64,000 nucleotides of DNA from Glaucostegus cemiculus (Eukaryota): assembly GCA_976551045.1 (NCBI GenBank), contig CDPCPM010000120.1, positions 3,410,001-3,474,000 on the forward strand, read 5' to 3'. Shown piece after piece: positions 50,413 through 62,342 of this stretch. The notes below the pieces were generated by a model. That model was not told where the DNA came from. It ran no database searches and worked only from the letters and a program-made list of their open reading frames with translations. Position 1 is the stretch's first letter. The number at the start of each line of letters is the position of its first letter. The position numbers and the translations under genes are program-made.

Positions 50413-50474
50413 TAAGGTGCCTCCTTTCCAGGTCCAAAGCCTCTAAGGTGCCTCCTTTCCAGGTTCAAAAGCCC
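50413..50474 (+). repeat. 31-bp tandem duplication
   Basis: TAAGGTGCCTCCTTTCCAGGTCCAAAGCCTC followed by TAAGGTGCCTCCTTTCCAGGTTCAAAAGCCC. Confidence 0.9.
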
Positions 50475-50704
50475 AAATTTCTCATAATTCATATTTTTGT
50501 AATTGAGCACAAATCTTATGCCTTTCACTGAACACCCTTCAGTACATGAGACTCCCTCATTCTGTTTGGCATGCCTGAATATGTTTCTTGTTTCTCAGTG
50601 ACCAGAACTGTACTCTTTATTTGAAGTGCAGTTTGGCCAGCACAGTGCACAGTTTGATTAAGTGTCTCGTAATACAAAATTATTCTTAACAAGCACTTAA
50701 AACT

Positions 50705-50922
50705 TTATTTTACAGCACGGTAACAGGCCCTTCTGGCCCAATAAGTCCGTGCCACCCACTTAAATCCATGTTAACCTACCCGTACCTCTTTTGAAATGTG
50801 GGAGGAAACCGACACAGACACGGGGAGAACGTACAAGCTCCTTACAGACAGTGATGGGAATTGTGTCCCAATTGCTGGCACTGTAATAGCATCACACTAA
50901 CCACTACACTACTGTGCCACCC
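50705..50922 (-). mobile_element. HE1/V-SINE-like SINE
   Basis: TACAGCACGGTAACAGGCCCTTCTGGCCC..TGTGGGAGGAAACC..GGGGAGAACGTACAAGCTCCTTACAGACAG..AACCACTACACTACTGTGCC; head nearly matches 1548-1837. Confidence 0.85.
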
Positions 50923-51774
50923 TTGTGTACAAACTATATTTTAATGAAAATTTACATGCTCAGAGACCCTGTTTAAGATAACAAGTAAAATATCAAACAA
51001 AAACTTACTTAAGGTGTGCTAATCTCACAAACTCATTTTAGTTTTTTTTTTGCTATTAACCTATGTTGTTAGCCATTCATGAATTTAAGACCCAGCACAC
51101 TTCTGGATTTTTCATAGAGCTCAGCCTGTTATATGCACTGTGAAAATCAACTGGTGACAAACAGCTGCCAGCAGCTTGGAAACAATTCTTAATCTTTTCT
51201 GGCATTTCATAAGAGTCCAAATCAAGTTTAGTTTTAGAGGGCAGGAGATAATTGGAGTCATTTGAAAATCCAGCATTCTGTCCTCCTTATGACCACAGGC
51301 AGGCTAGATCCATAATTTGCACATATAAATTATAGAACATTGATGGAATGCTGAAATCCATGGCTGAGAGAAAGTTCTAGCTCTTGTACATACCCTACAC
51401 ATGTGAAACAGATGTGTGGTTTATTGTCAGAACTCACTGATTTTAAGCTACTTAAACTGAGGTTGCTGGTCTTTCAGGCAGTAATACAAAGAATTATAAA
51501 GTATTTAGAGGACATAAACCAGCTATTCTACCCCAGAAATTTGTATTGGTTTTGACGCTCAACACAGGCTTCATCCCACTCTTTTTTATCTCACCCCATC
51601 AACATATCTTACTCCTGCTCACTTTACATCCTCTAGCATACACAAATGCCTCAGCGGCTCCTTGTAGCATCCAGTTCCACGTTCTTCCCAACCTCCGGGA
51701 AAAGTGGTTCTCCTGAACTTCCTGTTGGGTTTACTGGTGGCCGTTTTATCTTTACAGACCCTTGTCACACTTGC

Positions 51775-52080
51775 ACCATTCCACTCGCCACCCCTTGCAG
51801 TTCCACCCACTATGTCGGAATAGCCCCACTTCCCTGTCAACCACTTGCCACCCTTGTGCTATTCCCCTGGCCTGCTTCCCTCATTGCCCATTGCTGCCCC
51901 CTGGTGGCTCGACTCTCTGCTCAATTCACCGCACCCTTGCTGGCAAACTGGCTGCTCCACTTGCTGGGCCTCCCACTCGCTGGGCCTCTCACTCACCCCC
52001 TCATTGCTCTTTTGCTGCCCATTCACTATCCCCTTGCTGCTCTCCACACTGCCCCCTCCCCGTTCCACTCACCACACCTC
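51775..52080. repeat. C-rich low-complexity tract (CCACTCGC/CCCCTTGCTG-like units)
   Basis: Recurring CCACT(C/T)GC and CCCTTGCT motifs. Confidence 0.7.
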
Positions 52081-52119
52081 TGCTGCAGATTCCACTTTAA
52101 CAACAAGTTCAACATTCCC

Positions 52120-52320
52120 AGAAAACAGAAATGCTGGAAGTGCTCAACAGGTCAGACAGCATCTGTGGAGGGGTAATAACGGTTCAGGTCAATGATCTTG
52201 TATCAGAACTGATGAAATTTTAACTCTCTGTCTCTCCACAGTTACTGTCTGACCTGCTGAGTATTTGTGGCATTTTCTGCTGTAATTTGGGTTTCCAGCA
52301 TCTGTAGCATTTTGCTTTTC
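52120..52320. mobile_element. Penelope-derived fold-back element
   Basis: Left arm CAGAAATGCTGGAAGTGCTCAACAGGTCAGACAGCATCTGTGGAG is inverted relative to right arm CTCCACAGTTACTGTCTGACCTGCTGAGTATTTGTGGCATTTTCTG. Confidence 0.8.
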
Positions 52321-52654
52321 AACCTCTCCCATCTTCCTTCTAAAAGCACTTGAGCCTCCCACTGCTTGGTGAGGCGAACAGGCTTTATTTGAGTGGTCCA
52401 GTCAAAGGTCAACAGTCACTAAGACCCAGCAGAGCCCAGAAGCAGATGGAAGCTCAGCACTCAGAGGTAAATTAGGAAGGCAACACTCCAGGCTGTTCAA
52501 AAAAAGTATACAGTTGCTAAGTGTTTCCTTTTAAAAGCTACTGTTTTACATATTCTTCTCAATTCCCTATATCATGGAGCGGAACACATTTCCTCGCTGT
52601 CCACCATCAATAACCACTGCACTTCCCAGCATCAGCATTATTTGGGAAACCATT

Positions 52655-53510
52655 ATTCTGGAGGCTTACCAGACTGAGATAGGACACCTGGTTGAGTGGT
52701 GCTGCACGATAACCTCTCGCTCAGTGTCAACAAAACTAAAGAGCTGATTGTTGACTTCAGGAAGGGGAAGGAGGGCGAACATGCGCCAGCCGACATTGGG
52801 GGATCGGCGGTGGAGAGAGTCAGCAGCTTTAAATTCTTGGGTGTTATCGGATGACCTGTCCTGGGCCCAGCACATAGATGCAATCATAAGAAAAGGGCGC
52901 CAGCATCTTTTTTAGGAGGTTAAGGAGGTTTGCCTTGTCACCGAACACTCCAACAAATTCGTACAGATGCACTGTTGAAAGTATTTTGACTGGTTGCATC
53001 ATGGTCTAGTATGGCAATTTGAAGGCACGGGAATGTTAGAAGCTGCAGAGAGTAGTGGACTGTGCCCAATACATCACGGGCACATCCCTCCCACCACTGG
53101 TGGTATATACGGAAGGCGCTGCCTCAAGAAGGCAACATCTATCATTAAAGATCCCCACCATATAGGCCATGCCATCTTTTCACAGCTACCATTGGGCAGG
53201 AGGTACAGAAGCCTGAAGTTCCACACCACCAGGTTCAAGAACAGCTACTTCCCTTCAAACATTTGCTTCTTGAAACAACCGGCAAAACCCTAATCGCTAC
53301 AGCTTAACAACATTATGACCACTTCGATCACTTTGCACTAAAATGGACTTTGTTTTTTTTTGTTCTAATTGTGTTCCTTCTTGTAAAAATTGTGTGTCAT
53401 TTATGTTTTCCTTGTGAATGCTGCTTATATGATGTTATGTGCCTGTGATGCTGCTGCAAGTTTTTCATTGCACATGTGCATACATGTACTTGTGCATATG
53501 ACAGTAAATT
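52655..53510 (+). mobile_element. Rex-Babar LINE, 5'-truncated and frameshifted
   Basis: WCCTITSRSV/NKTKELIVDFRKG, VERVSSFKFLGV, IYGRRCLKKATSIIKDPHHIGHAIFSQLPLGRRYRSLKFHTTRFKNSYFP; 3' UTR ends CATATGACAGTAAA at the gap. Confidence 0.9.
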
Positions 53511-53513
53511 TGG

Positions 53514-53678
53514 NNNNNNNNNNNNNNNNNNNNNNNNNNNNNNNNNNNNNNNNNNNNNNNNNNNNNNNNNNNNNNNNNNNNNNNNNNNNNNNNNNNNNNN
53601 NNNNNNNNNNNNNNNNNNNNNNNNNNNNNNNNNNNNNNNNNNNNNNNNNNNNNNNNNNNNNNNNNNNNNNNNNNNNNN
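53514..53678. other. Assembly gap (165 N)
   Basis: Run of N. Confidence 1.
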
Positions 53679-53754
53679 GTAAAATCAGGAAGGGAGGCAA
53701 AGACAATAATCCTACAGCCCATTGTGCCTGCACGAGCTCATTAATGGAGTTTGA

Positions 53755-54315
53755 AATTGCAGTGACAGATTTGCATCAATTGACACAGTCCCTAGTGTCA
53801 TACAATATGACCACAGTAGTGCACGCTGTACTGCATACAGCTGTTATACAATTACAGACATGTACCCACCAGTAATGCAGCCTAGTGTTTTAGTGATTGG
53901 CCTTTGCTAATCAGTACTATACCCCAGTGTTATACAATAACAGATATCTGCGTAATTGTAACGTAACCAAGTGTACCACAGTGATAGATTGTGTATCTAC
54001 CACTACTACATCCACATGTCATACAGTGACAATGACTTCTACTACTACTGTTCCTCGTTGCTATACAGTGATGAATATGTGCCCACTAGTACTGTTCCTC
54101 AGTGGTATAGAGTGATAGGCCTATATCCACCAGTATTCCACACCAATATTCTGCAGTGACAGACATACCACAGGAAATGGGTATGAGTGCAATAGAATGG
54201 CAGGTCTATGTTGACCAGCATTCCATCCTACAGCTATACAGTGACAGATCTGTTGGCATCATTGCTATGTGATGGCTTGTTCCCACCAGTACTCTAACTG
54301 AATGTTTTACAGTGA
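53755..54315. repeat. Degenerate ~40-bp minisatellite
   Basis: Recurring CAGTACT(A/G)T..CCCAGTGTTATACA(G/A)TGACAGA..TACCCAC, e.g. at ~53842, 53912, 54088, 54131, 54235 and 54281. Confidence 0.75.
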
Positions 54316-54324
54316 TAATGAAGA

Positions 54325-54460
54325 TGGCAGAATATGGTGTTACAGGTTATAGAGAAAGTGCAGTGCAGGTAGACAAATAAGATGCAAGGGCCACGATGAG
54401 GCAGATTGGACGATCAAGAGTTCACCTTAATTGTACTAGAAGTCCGTTCAAGAGTCTTGC
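54325..54460 (-). mobile_element. Rex-type 3' UTR fragment
   Basis: GTGTTACAG..AGAGAAAGTGCAGTGCAGGTAGACAAATAAG.TGCAAGG is the reverse complement of the UTR at 19520-19610. Confidence 0.75.
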
Positions 54461-54579
54461 ACCTTTGAAAGGTTCTGAGCTCTAATGTATGGCAATGTTT
54501 TATTGATTTGGACTACTTCTATAAACGTTCCTTCAGAGTTTTATTGTCTGGTGTTTGTGCCTTATTTCAGCACAGTGTT

Positions 54580-56115
54580 TACAGGATACCTAGAAGTTAT
54601 TTTGAAGTGGGGGAGCACCTTGGGACCAGTCATCATAATTCTATTAGTTTTGAAATAGTTACGGAAAATGTTAGGACCGGTCCTCAAGTTAAAGTCCTAA
54701 ATTGGCAAAGGCTAATTTTGATAGCGTCAGACAGGAACTTGCAAAGGTTGATTTGGGAGAGGCTGTTATCAGGTAAAGGGACATTTGGCAAGTGGGAGGC
54801 TGTTAGAAGTGAGATAGGGAGAGCTCAGGGCCAACATGTTCCTATTAGAGTGAAAGACGAGGCTGGCAGGATGAGGGAACTTTGATTGATGAGGGATATT
54901 GAGACTCTGGTCAGGAAGAAGAAGGAGGCATATTACCAGGTATGGACAGCTGGGATCAAGTGAATCCCTTGAGGAGTATAAGAGATTTAGGAGATCCCTT
55001 AAGAGAGAAATCAGAAAGGCAGAAAAAGGTTTCCCAGGGTTAAAACAGGATATTGATCGACAGGAAAAGAATGGCAGATGAAATTTAACTTGGTCAAGTG
55101 CAAAGTGAAGAACTTTGGGAAGTTAAACCAGGCCAGGACATACAGAGTGAATGGCAGGGCCCTGAGGAGTGCTTTTGAACAGACAGACCTAGGCATAGAG
55201 TCATAGAGCACAGAAACAGGCCCTTCGGCCCAACTGGTCCATGCTTACCAAGATGCCTATCTAAGCTGGTCCCACTTGCCTGCATTTGGCCCATGTCCCT
55301 CTAAACCTTGCCTATCCATGTACCCGTTGAAGTGTCACTTAAGTCTTGTTAATGGATCTGCCTCAGCCACTTCCTCTGGCAGCACATTCCATATACAGAC
55401 CAACCTTTGGGTGAAGAAGTTGCCTCTCAGGTCGTACTAAATTTCTCCCCTCTCACCATAAACCTATGTAGGTTAAACTTTTGTATACAGGTATGTAGTT
55501 CTCTGAAAGTGGCAATACAGGTAGCAAAGATGGCTTGGCTTGGGATGGCATGGCATGCTTGCCTTCATTGGCTGTGGCACTGAGTACAAGAGTCTGGACA
55601 TCATACCGCACTTGGAGCATTGTGTGCAGTTCTGACGCCATGCTATAGGAGGGATGTGATTAAGGTGGAGACGGTGCAGAAAAGGTTCACAAGGATGTTG
55701 CCTGGACTGGAGGGCCTGAGTTAGGAGGAGTGATCGGATAGGTTGGGACTGTTTTCCACAGAGCAAAGGAGGCTGAGGTGTGACCTAATAGAAATTTATA
55801 AAGTTAAGAGGGGCACAGAAAGTTTTTTTTTTCCAAAGGCAGGGGAGTCTAAAACTAGAGGGCATAGGTTCCAGGTGAGAGGGGAAAGAGCTGAAGGGGA
55901 TCTGGGGCCAGATTTTTCACACAGAGGGTGGTGGGTATATGGAACAAGCTGCCGGAGGAAGTGGTAGGGGCGGGTACAATAACAACATTTAAAAAGACAT
56001 TTGGACAGGTACATGGAAAGGAAAGGTTTTGAGAGATATGGGCTAAATGCGGGCAAATGGGATTAGCTTAGGTAGAGCTGAAGGACCTGTTTCCATGCCG
56101 AGTTACTCTATGACT
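54580..56115 (+). mobile_element. CR1 LINE with an internal deletion and a nested inverted CR1
   Basis: VGEHLGTSHHNSISFEIV..VKVLNW (endonuclease C-terminal part), WQMKFNLVK, ETVQKRFTRMLPGLEGL, ESKTRGHRFQVRG; tail GAAGGACCTGTTTCC..ACTCTATGACTC. Confidence 0.85.
55194..55465 (-). mobile_element. CR1 3' end in opposite orientation
   Basis: CATAGAGTCATAGAGCACAGAAACAGGCCCTTCGGCCC..CCCACTTGCCTGCATTTGGCCCAT..CCACTTCCTCTGGCAGC..TGGGTGAAGAAGTTGCC. Confidence 0.85.
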
Positions 56116-56954
56116 CCAGGAGTCTTTAAAGAAATATGGAAAGTGTGTGCGATGCCGGAGTGGTTGGGAAAGAAACACAAAGCGTGACAACTTGCTACCC
56201 TCACAACCTCTTGCGCTGTGTGTCTTTCAGGAGCAACTTATGCTTCCTGGTGTCCAGAAATGCCCACTCTCTTTGCAGCAGTGATCTCAGCAGAGGTTCT
56301 TATCCAACGTCAGATCTCAGCCTTTCCATGGAGACAGAGTTAGGGTGGAAACCATCTAAGCAGTTGATGACCATAGTTCTCCCTTTCCTGATAGCTGGCT
56401 TATTGAAATGTTAGCACAAAGCTCACGGCTCATAAAGCAAGTGCTTAAGGATCAAGGGGAGGAGAATTCCAAGCAGCAGATTTTAAAGTAATGGTGCTCA
56501 CTCTCAAACCTTTTCTGTCACTGAACAACAGGAGAAATGACTCGGGGAAGACAAGCAGCCCTAACAGCTCAATTTAATAAAATGATTTTCTAGCTGGAAA
56601 TACTGCAAGGGAAGCTGGTTATTTCAGTGTGCCACCCTCTAGTAAAGGCCATTATTATGGCTCAGGGATGGATGAAGCAGAGAGGGTAAAAGTAACATTG
56701 GGTTGGGTGCAGGTCAAAGAGAAATATACTTGTCACAGGAAGGTTGCCAGGATAAGTGCTACCCCTGTGCCGCTTCCCTTTGCAGATGTTGTTTTACACT
56801 CCATCTTAACAGCACTTCACTGTAAGCTTGTTGCTACATCACAGGGGGTGATGCACAACACTTGCAAACTGTTTGTATGTTTTCCACAAGTGGCAGCCTG
56901 CACATCATTTTGCAGGGCTCTTTTCGTTGTGGGTGAAAAGTGGGATTTAAAAAA

Positions 56955-57470
56955 AAAGACCTGCATTTAAATAGTGCCACTCATGACCTTTAAGAATGTC
57001 CCAAAAGCACTTTATAGCCAGTGGGTTACTTTTGAAATGTGGTCACAGCTATAATGTAGGAAATGTGGCATTCAATTTGCCCATAATGATAATGATTTTG
57101 TGCTAAGATATTTGCACTCTACCCATTGTGAGGCAGACACCCAGTTGTAAGCATACTGTCCATACCACATGGTTGAGTGGTGAACTACCTGCATATGTTG
57201 GCTTGTGGATAGGGCAATTGGATGAAGCATGTTAATATTATATTCCACATAACTGCATATATTCCAGGTCTATATATTCATAATGTGGATATATTAGCAT
57301 CTGAATATGATGGGTGATTTACTGAATTCCTGTGAGGAAGAGGCTTCAGAGACTGTAGCCTGCAAAAGACAACTCCAATAGTGTCATTGAGACTTTGTGC
57401 TAAGTCTCTGGACTGAGATATGAATTCAGAACCTTCAGGCTCGGAGGCTAAAGTGAACAAGACTGACACC
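56955..57470 (-). mobile_element. SacSINE1-like SINE with an unidentified ~200-bp interruption
   Basis: AAAGACCTGCATTTAAATAGTGCC..TGTCCCAAAAGCACTTTATAGCCA..CTTTTGAAATGTGGTCAC on the left; TGTGCTAAGTCTCTGGA..TGAATTCAGAACCTTC..CTGACACC on the right. Confidence 0.65.
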
Positions 57471-58149
57471 ATAAATAATAAATGGCATGACTAAAGTTCC
57501 TGGGCTCCTTGGCTCTAAATCACATGTCTTTCTTGTCTAGATTCACCCTGTTGCTATGAGATATCCCTGGCTCCACAACCATTCTGAAACCCAGGTTTTT
57601 TGCTTGTGAATAAACCTGGTCTTGCTGAGGAAACACACAGTAGCAGCAAAATGATGGCAAAACCTCATGTGTGAAGATGCCAGATGCATTGCACCCAAGC
57701 ACACAACTTAAATTTGCCAAATACTAGTGTAACCATGTAACCACAACTATATCAACACTGCCTCCTGATCCATGACAGGTAAACACCAATCACTTCCATC
57801 CTCAGAGATCATCCACCTCATGTCTTTCTTCTACCAAGGAACAATGGGAAAGAATATATGGAACAGGGAATATTTGGGCCAAAGAACAGTGAACACAATC
57901 ACACCATGTGAAATGTTTGGATGAATTAAGTTCAAATTAACTGTTATCTCAAATACATTATGAGAAGTTGTGTGAACTGAGGCTGGAAAATGCATATTTC
58001 ACTTGAGTCATGGATTAATCAAATACAAATATTTTAAAGACTCACTGTGGTGATTAAAAACTTGACTTAAGATGTGCTGGTTGCTGTTGTGCAACTTCTC
58101 CAAACTGCTTTCAGACAATTCCTTTTCATAATGTGAGTTTGTAGTGGAT

Positions 58150-59190
58150 TCCCCAGGCAGTGATCACTTGTCACCTTGGTTGGGCTATCATGCCACATTC
58201 AGCTTTATATAATGATGGACTTTGTCTCTTCCATCAATTTCCACTATCAGCCATGGACTCCCAGAGCTACACTCAGCGCATTATGTCCAATCTCATTTCC
58301 TGTGGGAATTCCATTCTATAGTCACAATTTCCGTTTCCCTTGCAGCTGCTCATGTTACCACCTTCTACACCAGTGCTTCCCACGTGACCTCCTTTTAGCT
58401 CAACTGAGGATTCCCTTCTTTGGGCAGAGCAATGGTAGCAAAACCCAAGTGTGAGTGGTAACAGGACCAGTAAGCGCAGGAAAGGCGAGGTTAGAAGAGG
58501 AGTGACGGAGGCAGGAGAATGATTATCTGAAACTGATGAACTCACAGGCTGGAAATCCATAACATGCTTTATCTGGAGGAGTTAACATACTGTCCCTCGA
58601 GCTTTAGTTGAAGTTCATTGGAGCTTGGACAGTAAAGGAAAGAGACTGATCAAACCATAGCACTGGTGTTATGCTGTTGACTGATGAAGTGCTCCACAGA
58701 ATGCTCACCCTGTCTCCCCAGGGAAGTGGTGTTGGGTATGAGCGAGGAGTGAATGGTACGGCTGGGTGTGCTATCGCCGAGGGTATGGGTCCTTTGGGAT
58801 GCTGAAAGGGAAGCTGTGGAATCTGTATCTGTGGTGGCAATGCTAAAGCAGAAGATGAACCTTTAATTATGAAGGCTAGCAGACTGGAAAGTGGGGACAA
58901 AAGGGTCAGAGAAAATATTGATCATATATGCAGGAGAAGGAGGAGACATGGTGGAAGAGTGTGATGGCAAAGTATGGTAGCCTTTTGTGTGAGCCTGTCA
59001 ACACTTCAAGAATTGAATCTTTGCTGACATCACTTAATTATTGCATCTTGCGATAGAAGCTCTAGGCTACTGTACCTCCAACATTGTCTGTTTCTGATGA
59101 AGGGTATTTGACTTGAAACATTAACTTTGTTTTACAACCTCATCTGAACTGCTACTTCCAACATTTTCTCTTTCTATTTCAAATTTTCAG
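58150..59190. mobile_element. Penelope-like element fragments in both orientations
   Basis: + strand CCATGGACTCCCAGAGCTAC..ATTCCATTCT (DSHSYL..IPF-like) to ~58440; minus-strand fragments 58440-59000 (GAAGGGGTA/GAAATGCT-type PLE sequence); terminal CTGATGAAGGGT..GAAACATTAAC..TTCCAACATTTTCT. Confidence 0.6.
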
Positions 59191-59414
59191 AATGCTCAAT
59201 ATTTGTTCTTGATTCAGTCAGAATGATTGCAATATTAATTTCCACTTTCCTCACTGTGTTGGCCAATTCAGAAATGTGGGGACTTTTCTTCAGTTGATAG
59301 TGCAGCAAGGTGTTGTCATGATTGGAAAATGATTGAAAAATATCTGTTGTGAACCATGTTGTCGATGTTGAATTACAGCCTTTAAATATGGAACAGCATA
59401 TTTCACACAACATA

Positions 59415-59570
59415 TTTCAACAGCATCTGTGGAGAAAAGTAGGTGGTCAATATTTTGGGTCAGGACCCTTCTTCAGGACTCCACGGATGCTGCCTTGCCT
59501 GCTGAGTTCCTCCAGCGTCATCGTGTTTATCATCTAGATTCCAGCATCTGCAGTCTTTTGTTTGTCACTC
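59415..59570. mobile_element. Short Penelope-derived fold-back element
   Basis: CAGCATCTGTGGAG (59421) is inverted relative to CTCCACGGATGCTG (59479), followed by CCTGCTGAGTTCCTCCAGC..TTCCAGCATCTGCAGTC. Confidence 0.75.
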
Positions 59571-60754
59571 GATATACACTTTCTATAACTCCTTCATTTC
59601 ATTGAATAATCACTCTAACACTACCCATAATTAAACTTTTGGAATGTATACTATATCCAGTCATTAAAGAATACCATGTAATATTTTATTAGTATTTCCA
59701 CTAGCTTGGAAAATCCCTTAAAAATATCTGAGTGAATTTGTTTAAAGTCAGATTTCTGTAAGCCAGGTCATTTGTAACCCAGGGACCCCTTGTACTGGTA
59801 TGGTTCAATCTGCACATTATGTGGAAGGGATTGTGCTGAAGAGATATACTGTAGAAACATGTATTTCTTCAGCCACTGACGGAATTGCCTTTAGCAGGCA
59901 TTGATACAATTTAACAAAAGGGTAATACACTTCTGTGCAGGGCTGAGACACGTCTTGGCTTGAAGTTAGTGTAAGATGGTAACCACACTCCCCCCTGCTG
60001 TAGTCTCATCTAACTGCAACATGTTCTGACTTCTCCAACCTTTGTTCAGGCCCATGAACCAGTGGGGACCAAATTTAAAGTGACCATTTCTTTACCCAGC
60101 ATTATTGGTGATGCAAAGTGTTCAAGATGTAGGGAACTAAATATTATAGGATTAAAACACTGAGGACTGGAGCAACACACAAATCAATCAAGAATCTTTA
60201 GTCAGCATATTGTTTGTGCTCATCCTGTTAAGTTAGGTAAGTGTGGCTACTTAAATGTGAATTCATACAGAACTGCAGAAACAAGATTTAAGTGATTTCA
60301 CAGAAATATTTATTGTGCATTCAGTGATATTTACATCTTGCTTTTCAGTACTTGCTTTGTTGAGTACCTTTGGGACTCTGGTTATGTGTTTGGCATTGTT
60401 AATGTGCTGCAGCAACTCACTGACAACCCCACTGACTTTGTGAGCCAGGAATAGTAAATGAATCATGCTGCTGTGTTTGTTGTGACCTATTAAAAATGTC
60501 ATAAATGCAAGTAGTTGTTGTTAGCATAGACCCCCTCAAGAACATTAATGGTGTGCATTGCCTCAGTGGAATACCTGGAGATTATATTTGACCAGGGATA
60601 CTTATTCTGCATTAGCCTTCCCATGAAATTGTGCAGGATTTTGCAAGGTGATCAGTTAGTTATCTGGATGATTAAAACTAATTTGGAAATACTTTTTATT
60701 GTTCACGTTAGTTTCCTTCTCTCAGTTCTGGCACAATTTGATGAAGAGTAGGAG

Positions 60755-61005
60755 ATTTGTGTTGCCTCACCCAGTGGCCTTCTCCATGCATTGTCATTGG
60801 CTAATGTTCTATGGGGTGGGAAGTGCCATTACCAATACCACTGAGTTCTGTCTATGGTCAGCTTATATCACCAAGTGCTCACCTGAGAAGAATAGAGGGT
60901 AGAGAGCGGGAGCTCTGGCTAATTTTCTCCTCCTTGTGCAAGTATACTGAGTTCATTGCACTACTTCACTGCCTTACCTGAGAGTTGTTCACGTCTTGTG
61001 GTCCT
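60755..61005 (-). mobile_element. Old SINE-like interspersed repeat
   Basis: Minus strand GGAGGAGAAAATTAGCCAGAGCTCCCGCTC..GAGAAGGCCACTGGGTGAGGCA resembles an abundant elasmobranch SINE; family uncertain. Confidence 0.45.
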
Positions 61006-62342
61006 TGAGATAATCAAATTACCTTTTTGTTGGTTACAGGATTCAGGCATTCTCTGAGGAAAGTGTCGCCCTGTTGGAGTAGATTGTCTCTCCTTCCTTC
61101 ATGCAGTGAATATTCCTGCTCATTAAAACTTGAACACAGATCATGCACTATTCTGGCCTGTGGTCAAATGTGTCCTGTACCACATAATCTGAGCACACTT
61201 GGAGGCCTTCATAAATAGTTGCATTCAACACATGGAGGTCAAGGTTCAACATCACAAAATGTGATTGATTTAAAGCTTGGGGGAAAAGATATCGGTTGCA
61301 AGGTGCATGAGCAATGTGTGATATGATTGAATTTCTGGGCACTTTGTATTTATTGTATATCACTTATCTGACCTCTTTGTCTCAGTTTATAAATGTATTC
61401 CACTGCAAGAAATGCTCATGTCATAACCTGTAACTGCTACCTGGCACTCCAAAGAATACGCTGCAAATGATCTCTCCTCTGTTGTGCCGGTTCTTTAGTC
61501 TGCCCCTTTGCTGTGGATCTGGAAGCTTTCGGCTAAAAATGCCATCAACTCCGTGGATTTAGTTTCATGCGTCACTGAACCTTATTTCCCGAGATGGCTT
61601 TAGGGAACCAGTTTCCAAGCCTCTCAACCTGCCTACTGATTAACGTTATTTACACTAGTGACATATTCCATTGTGCTTCTTCATGGCATCAAGATCTGTC
61701 TGTCTCTTTATTTTGCCTTCATTTGTGAGTTAGCATTTTCTGCATTATGGTATGATCATTGTCCACTCATTTATAAGAAGCAAAGATCCTGCACTCACTG
61801 AACTCAGGCTGTTAGTTCTTGTTGTGATTCTGCCTTTATTGATGAATAGTGAGGATTTGCTGTTTGTACATAATTAGCCCCAGCAGTGCTTTGTGCTCCA
61901 CACAGAATAATTACCTTCATTTCTTATCCATTTGACACAAGTAAACTGGCAACGATAACATTGCCTCGCTGATTTCTCATCATTGCTACTCATTGTAGCA
62001 ATCAGTGTATTGAGAAATTTACTGGAAATACTGTTATTAAATAATTAAAAATGCTTCTTTATTAAAAATTCTGATCTGGACCAAAGTCCATTCATATTCA
62101 GGACATCTTCAGCTCTGTGATCTAAAATACCGGGTTTATTATTGTTCCTCAGTGTGTTTAAAATAGATAATCTTGATGCAACACTAAAATAAAACTGTTG
62201 CTGTAATTCTTGTTGATACTGATGTTGTGAGCTTGAAACTGGATGTTTTTAGAGTTCCTCTGTTCGGAATACAATGATGGATGGTAACCAGCTTTCTGAA
62301 TGTGCTTTCATTATGTACATAGTCAAACTTGGATTGTCCATC

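Noticed and set aside
51646-52195. 176-, 112- and 116-aa ORFs
   Set aside because: Arise from C-rich low-complexity DNA running into a PLE end.
53390-53875. ORFs containing X runs
   Set aside because: Artefacts of reading through the N gap.
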